Position numbers and translations under genes: made by a program. The notes under the pieces were generated by a model. It was not told the origin of the DNA. It was given only the letters and a program-made list of their open reading frames with translations, and did not search any database. Of a DNA stretch of 55,437 nt, positions 8,230 to 18,337 are shown one piece after another. How positions within the stretch are numbered: position 1 is the first letter of the stretch; every line of letters begins with the position of its first letter. Source of the DNA: Candidatus Amesbacteria bacterium (GTDB lineage Bacteria > Patescibacteriota > Microgenomatia > CAZETR01 > Amesbacteraceae); assembly GCA_027371535.1 (NCBI GenBank), contig DAHXMV010000005.1, forward strand, positions 1 to 55,437, in the 5' to 3' direction.

Positions 8230-9345
8230 TTAATTTGTGAATTTGAAGGTGGAGAGGAAACGGTTAAAAACATCCAGATTTCTAAATTCATTTTCTTTGA
8301 GGCCGACGTTGTAAAGGGTGATGCGGTAGGCTGTGTCGCCATTATAAACAAATATGTGACGGCCGATATCCATACAGCAGCCGCCATAGGTTTGGAATGC
8401 TGGCAGACCAGCCACGGTGACCTGTTTTTCAAATTTATAAAATTCATTGTTTTTTTGGGCACAGGTGGTAGGAGTCACGGAGCTGCAATTATTTATAAAA
8501 GAATTAAATTTAGATTGGGAATCGGGAAGATTTCCAGTAGGTTGCCACCAAGCGTCGGTTGAGACCAAAATACCGGTGTCAGAATCCGTGTTTTGTTGGC
8601 CGGGTGCGGAAAAAGAGACATCTGAATCAGATATATTTTTTATGGTCCAGTTTGACGGGAAGGTGACACTAAAGGCCAATTTGGGGTCGGAATAAGTTGT
8701 CCAGACTGAAGAAGTTGGCGGTGGGATCGAAGAAGATTCAAGAAAATGAAAAGTCGAGAGGATTTGATTAATCTGAGCCAGTATATCGTCATTTTGGCCA
8801 CCAAATTCCGAATTATCGGTATAATAATCATAAGAAATACTGAAGACACTGTTTTTATGGGGAAACAGATATTCTTGCCCCACCTCAGCATAGAAACTAT
8901 TGTCTATGACGACTATGCCGGGGATATTTTTGAGGACGTTATCCTTTCTGAGGATGGTAATGAGGCTAGAATATGAAGGACGCCCAGGGTCTTCGGCCAT
9001 CTGTTTGTTTATTTTTCGGACCCAAGCTTCTATGGGCAGAGTAATGTGAGAGCTGTTGGCGGAGTCAATGGTGATGTGAGCTCCACCAAACTGAAGAGAA
9101 ACAATCCCAGGGATGGAGTTGTCTACATGCCATTCTGACGGGTATGAAATCTGATAATTATTTATAGGCTCGGTATAAGTCAGTATTCGGGCAGAGAAAG
9201 GCGTAGGAAAAGAGTTGACAGAAATATGTTTTCTTTCCGGCTGGGTATTCAGAAAGATGAGCAGTGTGGTGGCTATCAGAACAGTTGCGGAGAGAAGAAA
9301 AACAAAAAAGCCGGAGAGGCGGGGAAGAAAATATGATATAGACAT
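8230..9345 (-). CDS. Membrane-anchored secreted protein, paralog 1 (RLSGFF anchor; two modules ending ILSTFHF / FLSTFKF)
   Basis: N-terminal PRLSGFFVFLL TM anchor. Repeated module terminus motif shared with the next two genes. Confidence 0.6.
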   Translation of the reverse strand: MSISYFLPRLSGFFVFLLSATVLIATTLLIFLNTQPERKHISVNSFPTPFSARILTYTEPINNYQISYPSEWHVDNSIPGIVSLQFGGAHITIDSANSSHITLPIEAWVRKINKQMAEDPGRPSYSSLITILRKDNVLKNIPGIVVIDNSFYAEVGQEYLFPHKNSVFSISYDYYTDNSEFGGQNDDILAQINQILSTFHFLESSSIPPPTSSVWTTYSDPKLAFSVTFPSNWTIKNISDSDVSFSAPGQQNTDSDTGILVSTDAWWQPTGNLPDSQSKFNSFINNCSSVTPTTCAQKNNEFYKFEKQVTVAGLPAFQTYGGCCMDIGRHIFVYNGDTAYRITLYNVGLKENEFRNLDVFNRFLSTFKFTN

Positions 9346-9347
9346 AC

Positions 9348-10955
9348 TTATGGTGTGATGGGGGGTAACCCATGGGTTTTATAACAACCGCCAGTTTTTG
9401 TAACTTTAAAAAGAATTGGAGTTCCGTCTTTGGGAGTCGGTTCAGGGGTAATATGAGGATTCATAGGCGGAACCTGTACAAATGGAGTGCCGTCATCATT
9501 GAAGAAAATAACTGTATAAGAATAGGAATCTATGGGAATAATAGTCTGGGATGTAATTTTGAATTTTAAACAGGTGAGATAGCCTTCACAGTATCTTTTG
9601 AGAGTGTCGGAAGTGGAGTTTTCGTGGTTGGAGAGAGAATCGTCAAAAAGGGCCGCAGCAGCTATGTATTGACCTGCATGGAGAAAAGTAAGAAAATTCG
9701 TCAAAGTTTTTTGCGGGTCGGTATAGCAAGTTGAAGAAGTATAAAATTTAAAAGTGGAGAGGATTTGGTTTAATGTATTTTGTTGAAATTTATTATATGC
9801 AGTTTCCATTTTAAAGAGACTTTGGTCATTCCAGTCTGCTGAGTCAATAATATTGGTTTCGACGCTGAAACATTGATGGTTGATCATAGTCCGGTATATA
9901 AGAAGATGGGTATGCATTCCAGCGCCGGCTCCGTTTTCGTCGGCAAAATGATATGTGCTATTATTGATGATAACCCGGTCGGGTATAGGGGAGTGGGTTT
10001 GATCGTTTGTGTAGCATTCTTCAGTGTCCTTAGCATAAGCATAAATAGAAAATTGGGGCCGCTGGGTATAAGAACGATAAGAAATTGTGGGACCAGCGAA
10101 GGAAACTAAAAGGTTATCTGTAAGTCCAAAGTTGTTAGGCGCTTTTTGAAAATTGGGAGGGTATTTAAAAGTATACAAATGGCCGGGATCATCATAAGTA
10201 ATCCAGTCGTACGGAGGCGGAGATGCGGATAGAAGGGATGGAAGAGGAATAATTTGGGGGGTAGGCGTAGGCGCAAAATATTTGAAAGTGGAAAGGATCC
10301 GGTTGTACTGGTCTAAAATCTGAGGATCAACGGAGTCGAATTTCATTTCCAGAAGTTTGTATTTTGAAAAAGGCAGGTATATCCAAACTGCAGTACCGTT
10401 TTTATTATTGTGGTCACTATAATTTAAAGTATATTTAACTCCGTTTAGGCCGCTGGTAATGAATGGTTCTTTTTTGGCGACTTGAGGCTGATAATTACCT
10501 AAACCAGAGGTTGATCCGGAATAATACCTAATCCAATATTCAGCATTTTGACTAAAGATCAGTCCGGGAATAAGATCTTCCGTTCCGATAAAAAAATCTG
10601 ATTTATTATCTGGATCGGTTAAATAGACATATTTAAGATCAGAATTTTCATTAAAGGTTTTAGCCGCCCAACCTGGAGGCAAGGTGAGGGAATAGTGACG
10701 ATAAGTATCCGTAAAAACCGACGGGGAAAGCGTAGTCAGGTCTGTAAGTTTAGCAGAAGAATCTACGTTCGGTTTAGAAGTAGGATATTTTTTAAAGAAG
10801 ATAATGATAATGCTAGAAAGGAAGATAATGAAAATGATGAGAAAAACAAAAAAACCGGAGAGGCGGGGAGTTCCACTTCGCCCCGCAAGAATTTCATGAG
10901 CTTCGGAGGGATGAAGATCGTCGGATTCGTCCACAATTGTTTTAGGGAGATACAA
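9348..10955 (-). CDS. Membrane-anchored secreted protein, paralog 2 (two ILSTFK[YF] modules plus a Cys-containing C-terminal domain)
   Basis: PRLSGFFVFLI anchor, RILSTFKYFAPTPTP and QILSTFKFY module ends. Confidence 0.6.
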   Translation of the reverse strand: MYLPKTIVDESDDLHPSEAHEILAGRSGTPRLSGFFVFLIIFIIFLSSIIIIFFKKYPTSKPNVDSSAKLTDLTTLSPSVFTDTYRHYSLTLPPGWAAKTFNENSDLKYVYLTDPDNKSDFFIGTEDLIPGLIFSQNAEYWIRYYSGSTSGLGNYQPQVAKKEPFITSGLNGVKYTLNYSDHNNKNGTAVWIYLPFSKYKLLEMKFDSVDPQILDQYNRILSTFKYFAPTPTPQIIPLPSLLSASPPPYDWITYDDPGHLYTFKYPPNFQKAPNNFGLTDNLLVSFAGPTISYRSYTQRPQFSIYAYAKDTEECYTNDQTHSPIPDRVIINNSTYHFADENGAGAGMHTHLLIYRTMINHQCFSVETNIIDSADWNDQSLFKMETAYNKFQQNTLNQILSTFKFYTSSTCYTDPQKTLTNFLTFLHAGQYIAAAALFDDSLSNHENSTSDTLKRYCEGYLTCLKFKITSQTIIPIDSYSYTVIFFNDDGTPFVQVPPMNPHITPEPTPKDGTPILFKVTKTGGCYKTHGLPPITP

Positions 10956-12000
10956 TATGGATAATTATAGGATTATCGGGGGAGTTACAAAAGAAGGTGG
11001 AACTGGATGAGGAATAATAACCCAAAGGATATTCCTGATCATTTTTGTTTACGATGCAGATTTTAAAATGGTAGTGGACATCATTAATGGTGGCATTTAA
11101 AGAGTCAGGCTGAAACCAACTGTCAGCAAAAGATCTGACAACGGTCCAATTAAATTGGCCGGGATCGGAAGTTAGGGGAAAAGAAAATATTTGTAACCCG
11201 TTTTTGCTTTCAGCGGCAGCGACATAATCGGATAAGATATTGCCAAGCACCGTCCAGTTTGATTTATCTATGGGAGGGTATTTGATCTGCCATTTGATGA
11301 GGTATTTTTGGTGGAGTTTTAAGGTTTGAGGTTGGAATGGAGAAATAAGCGTTATCGAAGGGAGAGAATTGAGGGGTGCAGGAGTGAGGGAAGGCCCGAT
11401 AAACTGAAAAGTGGATAGGATTTTAACCAAAGTTGGGGGGAGAGAAGATTTATTTTCCAGATCTGAATGAATATAGTCCAGGGTTAAAATTCTGGTAGAA
11501 GTCGGAGAAGCTGCCAAAATAATTAGGGTTTCGAGATGTTTGTTTACCTTGCTGTAAAAGGTAAAACGAGTACCAGTCCAATTACCCAAAGTTATATTTT
11601 CACGGATTACATGGGAATATACAGGTGCGGGAAAAGATTGTTGATTTATAAATTCAGTATAAGTGAGCAGGGGAGGCTGACTGGGATAGAAACGGTCAGA
11701 GATTTCAAATTTGGTAAGGTTGGGTAAATCCGGGCCAGTAAAATCAGTTTTCGAACCAGATCCGATTAAAATTGGTCCAGAGGTATTCCAATCAGGCGGA
11801 TAATCAAAGCTATAAGCATTGTTGGAAAAAGTTTGCCATGAGGATTTCGTTAAGGGTTTTGACGTGACGATTTTTTTTACGGGGTATACAGCTGAATAGC
11901 TAAGAAATATGAATATGGTGGTGATAATTAAGATTAATGAAATGAGGAGAAAAATGAAGAAACCGGAGAGGCGGAAGCGAAAATTTGATTCGGAGGCCAT
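10942..12000 (-). CDS. Membrane-anchored secreted protein, paralog 3 (one ILSTFQF module plus a C-terminal domain)
   Basis: FRLSGFFIFLL anchor, KILSTFQFIGPSLTP. 14-nt overlap with paralog 2. Confidence 0.6.
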   Translation of the reverse strand: MASESNFRFRLSGFFIFLLISLILIITTIFIFLSYSAVYPVKKIVTSKPLTKSSWQTFSNNAYSFDYPPDWNTSGPILIGSGSKTDFTGPDLPNLTKFEISDRFYPSQPPLLTYTEFINQQSFPAPVYSHVIRENITLGNWTGTRFTFYSKVNKHLETLIILAASPTSTRILTLDYIHSDLENKSSLPPTLVKILSTFQFIGPSLTPAPLNSLPSITLISPFQPQTLKLHQKYLIKWQIKYPPIDKSNWTVLGNILSDYVAAAESKNGLQIFSFPLTSDPGQFNWTVVRSFADSWFQPDSLNATINDVHYHFKICIVNKNDQEYPLGYYSSSSSTFFCNSPDNPIIIHIVSP

Positions 12001-12294
12001 TAATAAAATTATACTCTTTGGAAGAGGACGGTGCGGGGAGGCCCATTATCCAGCGCTAACATGATACTGATTGTCGACCAGTGAACTATGAATAAGGCAA
12101 TTGATTTTTTCATAGGCCTAAGTGTGTATTAAAGCACAACAAAATGAGACGACCCTGAGAATGATCCTTGATTAAATCAGAAGTAACAAGTAAATTAAGA
12201 GGAAAGCCCTCCTAACCTTGCCTCAAATCTTTTCAGTACTATTTACATAATTTTGAGGAGCGGTTTTAGACGGGTAAAAAGGCGGGTGAACTAT

Positions 12295-12549
12295 ATGGCA
12301 GTTAAAAAAATCAAATCAAAAGTTTCCGAAAACAAACCCAAGGAAGAACCGGTCAGTATAAAAACAGAAAAAAAGATGAGTAAATGGGCCGGGGCGGGAT
12401 GGGTACTGCTTTTGCTGGGAGGACTGGCTCACATGCTGCCGGAACAGATGTCACCACTTATGAAGTGGTCACTGTTTGGAATTTCGATACAGCTGGCAGT
12501 AGGAGTAGTGTCAGTGATTCTGGCACTGAATTTCTTACTGGAAGAATAG
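12295..12549 (+). CDS. Small membrane protein, function unknown
   Basis: Lys-rich N-terminus followed by two hydrophobic segments. Start chosen at ATG 12295 within track ORF 12253-12549. Confidence 0.4.
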   Translation: MAVKKIKSKVSENKPKEEPVSIKTEKKMSKWAGAGWVLLLLGGLAHMLPEQMSPLMKWSLFGISIQLAVGVVSVILALNFLLEE

Positions 12550-12574
12550 ACCGGAATTGTGTTTTAATGAGTGT

Positions 12575-13579
12575 ATGGAAGAGTTAAGGCAAACGGCCGG
12601 GAGGCTGGTGAGTGGAGGAAAAGGGATATTTGCAGCTGATGCCAGCGTGAAGTCAATTTCCGCCAGACTGGCGAAGTACGGTGTTGCTGAAAGTGAAGAG
12701 GAGAGGAGGAAATACAGACAATTATTGTTTACCACTCCGGGAATCGGGGAATTTGTGTCCGGAGTGATCATGCACGATGAGTCATTCAGGCAAACAGACG
12801 GAAGCGGAAAATTATTCCGGGAGACGCTGGCCGAGGCGGGAATTTTACCGGGAATAAAAGTAGATCGGGGGACGGTTGATCTGGCGAATTTCCCGGGGGA
12901 AAAAGTTACCGAAGGGTTGGATGGACTTCGGGAAAGGCTGGAAGAATACGCGCAAATGGGAGCATGTTTTACCAAATGGAGAGCGGTGATTGTGATCGGT
13001 GAAAAAATCCCCACACGGGAAGCGATAAAAATAAATGCCGATATTCTGGCAAGATATGCAGCACTGTCGCAGGAAGCGGGGATGGTGCCGGTGGTGGAAC
13101 CGGAGGTAGTGATGGAAGGAGGCCATAATGCGGAAAGGTGCGCCGAAGTCACAACCCAAACAGGAAAAATAGTTTTTGAAGTATTGGCGGAGATGAAAGT
13201 GGATTTCGGAGGGATGATTTATAAAGTAAATATGATACTGCCGGGCAGGGAGAACCGGGAGGAAATAAGCGATGAGGATGTAGCCCAAAAGACCTGTGAG
13301 GTATTGGGGAGAATCGTCCCGGTAGATACGGCCGGAGTAGTCTTTTTGTCAGGAGGGCAGGATCCCGTAACGGCAACCAGAAGGCTGAATGCAATAGTGA
13401 AACATGATAAAACCGCGTGGCCGATGACTTTTTCATTTGAGCGGGCGCTGGAACAGGCGGCGATGGAGAAGTGGCTGGGTAAAGATGAAAATATCGAGTT
13501 TGCACAGAAGGAATTACTTTACCGGGCCAGGATGAATTCACTGGCAGCGAGAGGATTCTATTCCGGAGAAGATGTATGA
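12575..13579 (+). CDS. fba: Fructose-bisphosphate aldolase, class I
   Basis: GKGIFAADAS, LPGIKVD, and KVNMILPG (Schiff-base Lys region). Start chosen at ATG 12575 (MEELRQ). Confidence 0.85.
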   Translation: MEELRQTAGRLVSGGKGIFAADASVKSISARLAKYGVAESEEERRKYRQLLFTTPGIGEFVSGVIMHDESFRQTDGSGKLFRETLAEAGILPGIKVDRGTVDLANFPGEKVTEGLDGLRERLEEYAQMGACFTKWRAVIVIGEKIPTREAIKINADILARYAALSQEAGMVPVVEPEVVMEGGHNAERCAEVTTQTGKIVFEVLAEMKVDFGGMIYKVNMILPGRENREEISDEDVAQKTCEVLGRIVPVDTAGVVFLSGGQDPVTATRRLNAIVKHDKTAWPMTFSFERALEQAAMEKWLGKDENIEFAQKELLYRARMNSLAARGFYSGEDV

Positions 13580-14574
13580 AGTTTGATGTTTTAAGCCTGG
13601 GACCATTCCGGATGGATGTGTTTGTGACACTGCCGGATGAGGATGTAGTAGAGGTGTGTTCGGTAGACCGGAAGAGAAGCATGATAGAACTGGGGTTCGG
13701 AGAAAAAATTGCTGTCGACTCGATGAGATTTTCCATCGGCGGAAATGCAGCCAATAATGCGGTAGGAATATCCAGACTGGGTTTAAAGGCGGCGATAGTG
13801 GGCACTATCGGGGATGGCTGGACAGATAAGCAAGCTCTGGATTTGTTGATAAATGAAGGAGTGGAGACAAAGTTTGTTAATATAAATCCAGGACAACAGG
13901 CTTTCGGAGTAATTATCAATTATCAGGGGGAAAGAACTATCCTGTCATATTATTCTGAAACCAGATGCATATGGCCGGGAGATACCGGTTTGGAAGCGAA
14001 CTGGATTTATCTGACTTCAATGGGAGAAGGGTATGAAGACTTTTATAAAAGCGCGGTTTTGTGGGCTAAATATAAAGGATCCAGAATCGCTTTTAATCCC
14101 GGAACCAGACAGCTGAAAGCCGGTCTGGACCATTTAAAATATGCCTATGAGGCTACGGAGTTATTATTTATTAACAAGGAGGAGGCTACCCTGCTTTTAC
14201 AGGGAAATCACAATGATCAAACTCCGATAACCAATATTAAGGAATTATTAATCGGTCTGAAAGATATAGGGCCGAAGACAGTAATCATTACCGATGGGGA
14301 GGAAGGGGCATATTTGTTTGACGGGCAGAAATTTCTGCACATGCCGGTGGTACCTGCAGAGGTGATTCAACGAACCGGGGCAGGTGATGCTTTCGGGTCG
14401 GGGTTTTTGGCAGCGTATATATCCGGAAAACCGGTGGAAGAAGCTCTGAGGTGGGGGACAGTGAACAGTGCTTCTGTTCTGGGACATGTCGGGCCGCAAA
14501 TAGGATTATTGGACCCGGCCAGGATGCAGGAACGGCTGAATAATAATAAGGAAGTAACCGTGGAGCGGTTTTAG
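13576..14574 (+). CDS. PfkB-family carbohydrate kinase
   Basis: GGNAANNAVGISRLG and TGAGDAFGSGFLAA motifs. 4-nt overlap with fba. Confidence 0.75.
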   Translation: MKFDVLSLGPFRMDVFVTLPDEDVVEVCSVDRKRSMIELGFGEKIAVDSMRFSIGGNAANNAVGISRLGLKAAIVGTIGDGWTDKQALDLLINEGVETKFVNINPGQQAFGVIINYQGERTILSYYSETRCIWPGDTGLEANWIYLTSMGEGYEDFYKSAVLWAKYKGSRIAFNPGTRQLKAGLDHLKYAYEATELLFINKEEATLLLQGNHNDQTPITNIKELLIGLKDIGPKTVIITDGEEGAYLFDGQKFLHMPVVPAEVIQRTGAGDAFGSGFLAAYISGKPVEEALRWGTVNSASVLGHVGPQIGLLDPARMQERLNNNKEVTVERF

Positions 14575-14621
14575 GTTGTAGTTCAGGACGGTTGGAATAA
14601 AATGGAGGGTACCCTCAAAAT

Positions 14622-15614
14622 ATGGATAAACTACTTGTAAACAGAATGAAATTTGATGAGGCGGAGAAAAGAAAGAAAGGAAGGAAGTGGCTATTGTTGA
14701 TTTTTTTAATAACAGGGCTGATTTCCCTGGGATTATGGGTTAAAGGAAGGATGGTACACGGTAAAGTGGATCTGGGGAAGCTGACTGATCCATTGGAAAT
14801 CAGCTATGTAGTTGAACCAACAGCGGAACCGGAAAATAAGAATTTTGAAAATCAGAAAAACGGACTTTTAAGCGATCTGAATAATCTGATAAGCACTTCC
14901 GCCGGAGAATATTCGATTTATGTATACAGGTTAAACAGCGGAGAGAGTTACGGAATAAATGAAAATGAAGTGATGCCGGCGGCGTCGATTATGAAAGTGG
15001 CGGTAATGGTAAGGGTGACGGAGGATGTGGCTAACGGCAGAATGAATCTTGGCGATACTTACACAATGGAGGAAGCAGACAGAGCGACGGGGTCCGGGCC
15101 GCTCCAATTTGAGCTGGCAGGAACAAGCTATAAAATTTCGGATCTGTTAAATTACTTGGGCAAGAACTCAGACAATACAGCCTGGCTGATGTTTAACAGG
15201 AGGCTGGGAATAGACACCCTCCAGGATACCCTGAATGAGATGGCGATGACAGAAAGTTCTTACACTAATCTGACGATAACGGCCAAAGATATAGCTCGGA
15301 TGTTCGCGTATATCTACCGGGGGAAAGCAGGCGGGGAAACAGGCAGAGATGCCATCTGGGGTTATTTGTCGGATTCAATCTATGAGGACAGGATATCCTT
15401 AGGAATTCCAGACGGAGTAAATCTGGTGCACAAAGTCGGTACAGATGACGGGGTTTGGGCCGATGCTGGAATTATCCTGCCCCAATCAGGTAAAATTGAA
15501 CCGTTTATACTGGTTATTCTCAATAAGGGAGTAGACCGCAACCAGGCTACCAATATAGTTCCTGAGATTACCAGAAAGATTTGGGATTTTGAAAGCAAAA
15601 CAAGCGGAGTATGA
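14622..15614 (+). CDS. Membrane-anchored class A beta-lactamase-like serine hydrolase
   Basis: N-terminal TM helix. SxxK (SIMK), SDN (KNSDNTAW) and KxG (HKVGTD) triad in class A order. Confidence 0.65.
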   Translation: MDKLLVNRMKFDEAEKRKKGRKWLLLIFLITGLISLGLWVKGRMVHGKVDLGKLTDPLEISYVVEPTAEPENKNFENQKNGLLSDLNNLISTSAGEYSIYVYRLNSGESYGINENEVMPAASIMKVAVMVRVTEDVANGRMNLGDTYTMEEADRATGSGPLQFELAGTSYKISDLLNYLGKNSDNTAWLMFNRRLGIDTLQDTLNEMAMTESSYTNLTITAKDIARMFAYIYRGKAGGETGRDAIWGYLSDSIYEDRISLGIPDGVNLVHKVGTDDGVWADAGIILPQSGKIEPFILVILNKGVDRNQATNIVPEITRKIWDFESKTSGV

Positions 15615-16897
15615 AAATAGCTTTTTTTACAGATTCATTTTTACCCAATGTGAACGGGGTATCATTTGCGGTGGAAACCTTTGCCAAAGAACTTGCGGAT
15701 AAACATAAAGTTGAGATATACGCACCGGCGTGCGGTGAAAAATCGTCATCAGAAAGGAACGGTAACATTACGGTAAAGAAATTCCATTCAGTACCTATTC
15801 CGACATATAAACAGCAGCAAATTGCTTTTCCGGTGCTGGCGACTTTTATCAAGACCGTAGAAAAGTTTGACCCGGACGTGATTCATATTCATACTCCAGG
15901 TACATTGGGACTATTAGGAATATTGATGGCTAAAAGAATGCATAAACCCCTGGTGGGTACGTACCATACTTTAATATCAGAAACGCTGATGTACGCTTCC
16001 CCCAGGTTGTTGTTTGACAAATATCTACAGATGATCGACAGGGTAATTGAAGGTCTGGGGATTGACGTAAAAATTCTCAGAAGCGGGTTTAAAAACCGGA
16101 AGGATGAAGAACCGGAAACAATTCCGCAGAAAGTGGTGTGGTCGCTGGTAAACAGAGTATACGGTTACGCCGACGTAGTGCTGTGTCCTTCGGAAGCGAT
16201 AAAAAAAGAGCTGGTGAAGCGGGGAATGAAAACCAGGGTGGAGGTGTTGTCCAACGGTCTGGACCTGAAAGCATTTCCGTGTAAAAAAGATTACGGGGCA
16301 GGTAGGCGAATGCTGCATGTTGGTCGGATTAGTTTTGAGAAAAATATTGATGAAGTGATAAAAGCAGCTGCCAAAGTAATGGAAAAAGTTCCCGACGCAA
16401 AACTGATTATCGCCGGGGACGGACCCGCAGCCGGGAACTTAAATAACCTGGTAAATTCGTTGGGAATAGCAGAATCCGTAACGTTTTTGGGGATGGTCAA
16501 GAGACAGCAACTGAGTAATTATTACCGGAACTGTGAAGTATTTATAACGGCATCCACAATGGAGACGCAGGGGTTGGTAGTGCTGGAGGCGATGTCATCA
16601 GGATTACCCATAGTAGCGGTAAAAAAGTATGCCCTGGCAGAGTTGGTACATCATGGACAGAACGGGTATCTGGTTAAATCCGGAGATACCGAGGGAATGA
16701 GTATGGGGATTATCAAGCTGTTGTTGGAGCCGGAAGTACAGAAGCAGATGGGGCAGGCATCACGAAAAATGGCAGAATCCCATGCTCTGGAAAAAGTAAT
16801 ACCAAGGTTGGAGCAAATATATTCTGAGCTAAACCGGACGGACAGAAAAACCTGGACGGGAAATTTAAAAACGAGATTAGAAACCTGGCTATCTTGA
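15611..16897 (+). CDS. Glycosyltransferase family 4 (GT-B)
   Basis: MKIAFFTDSFLPNVNGV N-terminus and ETQGLVVLEAMSSGLPIV (EX7E). Confidence 0.8.
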   Translation: MKIAFFTDSFLPNVNGVSFAVETFAKELADKHKVEIYAPACGEKSSSERNGNITVKKFHSVPIPTYKQQQIAFPVLATFIKTVEKFDPDVIHIHTPGTLGLLGILMAKRMHKPLVGTYHTLISETLMYASPRLLFDKYLQMIDRVIEGLGIDVKILRSGFKNRKDEEPETIPQKVVWSLVNRVYGYADVVLCPSEAIKKELVKRGMKTRVEVLSNGLDLKAFPCKKDYGAGRRMLHVGRISFEKNIDEVIKAAAKVMEKVPDAKLIIAGDGPAAGNLNNLVNSLGIAESVTFLGMVKRQQLSNYYRNCEVFITASTMETQGLVVLEAMSSGLPIVAVKKYALAELVHHGQNGYLVKSGDTEGMSMGIIKLLLEPEVQKQMGQASRKMAESHALEKVIPRLEQIYSELNRTDRKTWTGNLKTRLETWLS

Positions 16898-17510
16898 ATG
16901 AAAAATAATCTCTACAATGAACAGGTTAGTTAAAGGACTTACCAGTGTCAGCGAATGAAAAACGTTAGAAAAGATGTTACCGGATTTTAGTGACAAAGCT
17001 GGCATCATCAGTATGCAATAGAACACGGAGCTGCAAAAATTGTCGGTGTAGACATATCAGAAAAAATGCTGAAAGCGGAAAAATGAACATTAAAAAGAAT
17101 CAAGTATATCCGTGAACCATTAAAGATACCAAATTCCCAAATAACGCTTTTGATATAGTTATCAGTCCGTTTACTTTTCACTATTTAGCCTCTTTTGAGA
17201 ATATAGTAAAAAATGTATTTACCTGGCTGATAGGCAAAGGGGACTTTGTATTTTTATTTGAGTATCCAATCTTTACAGCCTATGGTACACAAGACTGGTA
17301 TTACGATGCGAACAAAAATAAGCTGCATTATCCCGTGTATAAACTATTTTTACGAGGGCAGGCAGGAAGCTCACTTTCTGGGTGAAAAAGTTTTGAAATA
17401 CCATAAGACCATGACGACCTACCTGAGTACCTTAATCCGGAACGGTTTTCAAATTACCGGGGTGATGGAGTCTCAGCCAACCGAGGATGCTGATAGTATC
17501 TGCCAGAAAA
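16898..17510 (+). pseudogene. Decayed class I SAM-dependent methyltransferase
   Basis: Pieces lie in three frames: MKNNLYNEQ; GLTSVSE*KTLEKMLPDFSDK; QYAIEHGAAKIVGVDISEKML; NAFDIVISPFTFHYLASFENIV...; YFYEGRQEAHFLGEKVLKYHKTMTTYLSTLIRNGFQI. The SAM motif I (VLDLGCG) is deleted, there are several stops, and the C-terminus is missing. Confidence 0.65.
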
Positions 17511-17524
17511 AAATAATTTATATT

Positions 17525-18220
17525 TCAGCGGATGGGTTTGAAGTCGGAACTGGCGGTACCGGTAAGTTTGTATCTGATATTGTTGAAGAAATGGTGGATA
17601 AAGAACTGCAGTTTTTGGGCTTTAAGACGGCGGTTTGAGGTATAGACCAGGACACCCGGATGATATATTATTTTTCCTTCCGACCGGATACGGTAACCGA
17701 CATCAATATCTTCAGCAGTAGGCAATTTAGGGTTATATCCGCCGATCTTTTCGTAAGCTGTTTTTCTGACTGCAAAATTCATACCCGGGGTCTGATCATT
17801 ATTTAAGAAACGATTTATTAAATTATAATAATCACTCAAACGGCTTAGAAGGACGGAGAAGAAATCTTTTTCCATAAAATGTGTCGGCCCGTAGACACAA
17901 ACTACCCGGGGATCTTTAAAACAGGCGGCAATATTGGCCAACCAAACAGGAGAAGGGGCGGAGTCGGCGTCTGTGGAAGCAATAATTTCTCCGTGAGTTT
18001 GGGCAAAACCTTCCTTTCTGGCCTCTGAAATTCCCGGTAATTTTTGGGTGATAACCTTCCAACCCGCAGAGCGACATAACTGTGGAGTAGTATCGGTACT
18101 CCTGTCTATGGCAATGACTTCAAAATCCCGGAAAGTTTGGCTATTTATAGCCTCAATGCACGGCCGGATATACTTTTCTTCATTGAAAGTCGGAATGACG
18201 ACTGAGATTTTGGGAGTCAT
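17525..18220 (-). CDS. Glycosyltransferase family 2
   Basis: ISVVIPTFNEEKYI and STDADS motifs. Confidence 0.8.
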   Translation of the reverse strand: MTPKISVVIPTFNEEKYIRPCIEAINSQTFRDFEVIAIDRSTDTTPQLCRSAGWKVITQKLPGISEARKEGFAQTHGEIIASTDADSAPSPVWLANIAACFKDPRVVCVYGPTHFMEKDFFSVLLSRLSDYYNLINRFLNNDQTPGMNFAVRKTAYEKIGGYNPKLPTAEDIDVGYRIRSEGKIIYHPGVLVYTSNRRLKAQKLQFFIHHFFNNIRYKLTGTASSDFKPIR

Positions 18221-18327
18221 TTTAAAAGGGGGCGGCCGGTAATTTTGACATAAATAATCAGAAGCAGAAAGACGGCCAATAGACCGATGAGGATAAGGGT
18301 ATTTCTGAAGTTAGGATTTTTGGTCAT
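18217..18327 (-). CDS. 36-aa single-TM micro-protein (below the ORF-track cutoff)
   Basis: MTKNPNFRNTLILIGLLAVFLLLIIYVKITGRPLLK. Its TGA overlaps the GT2 ATG (ATGA), suggesting translational coupling. Confidence 0.3.
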   Translation of the reverse strand: MTKNPNFRNTLILIGLLAVFLLLIIYVKITGRPLLK

Positions 18328-18337
18328 AGATTTCAGT

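Noticed and set aside
12001-12252. 250-nt intergenic region upstream of the small membrane protein, as a possible structured RNA.
   Set aside because: I could not recognise any known RNA family motif or a convincing extended secondary structure by eye. It is left uncalled, and an Rfam scan would settle it.
16960-16965. TGA at a position where the methyltransferase family has Trp, possibly UGA recoding.
   Set aside because: TGA terminates many conserved genes in the window at the expected length (tpiA, rpiB, trpS, znuC). The methyltransferase also has frameshifts and a deletion, so pseudogenisation explains it.
17246-17638. 130-aa ORF listed in the track as a possible gene.
   Set aside because: It is only the last in-frame fragment of the decayed methyltransferase. 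Its 3' third runs antisense into the GT2 gene.
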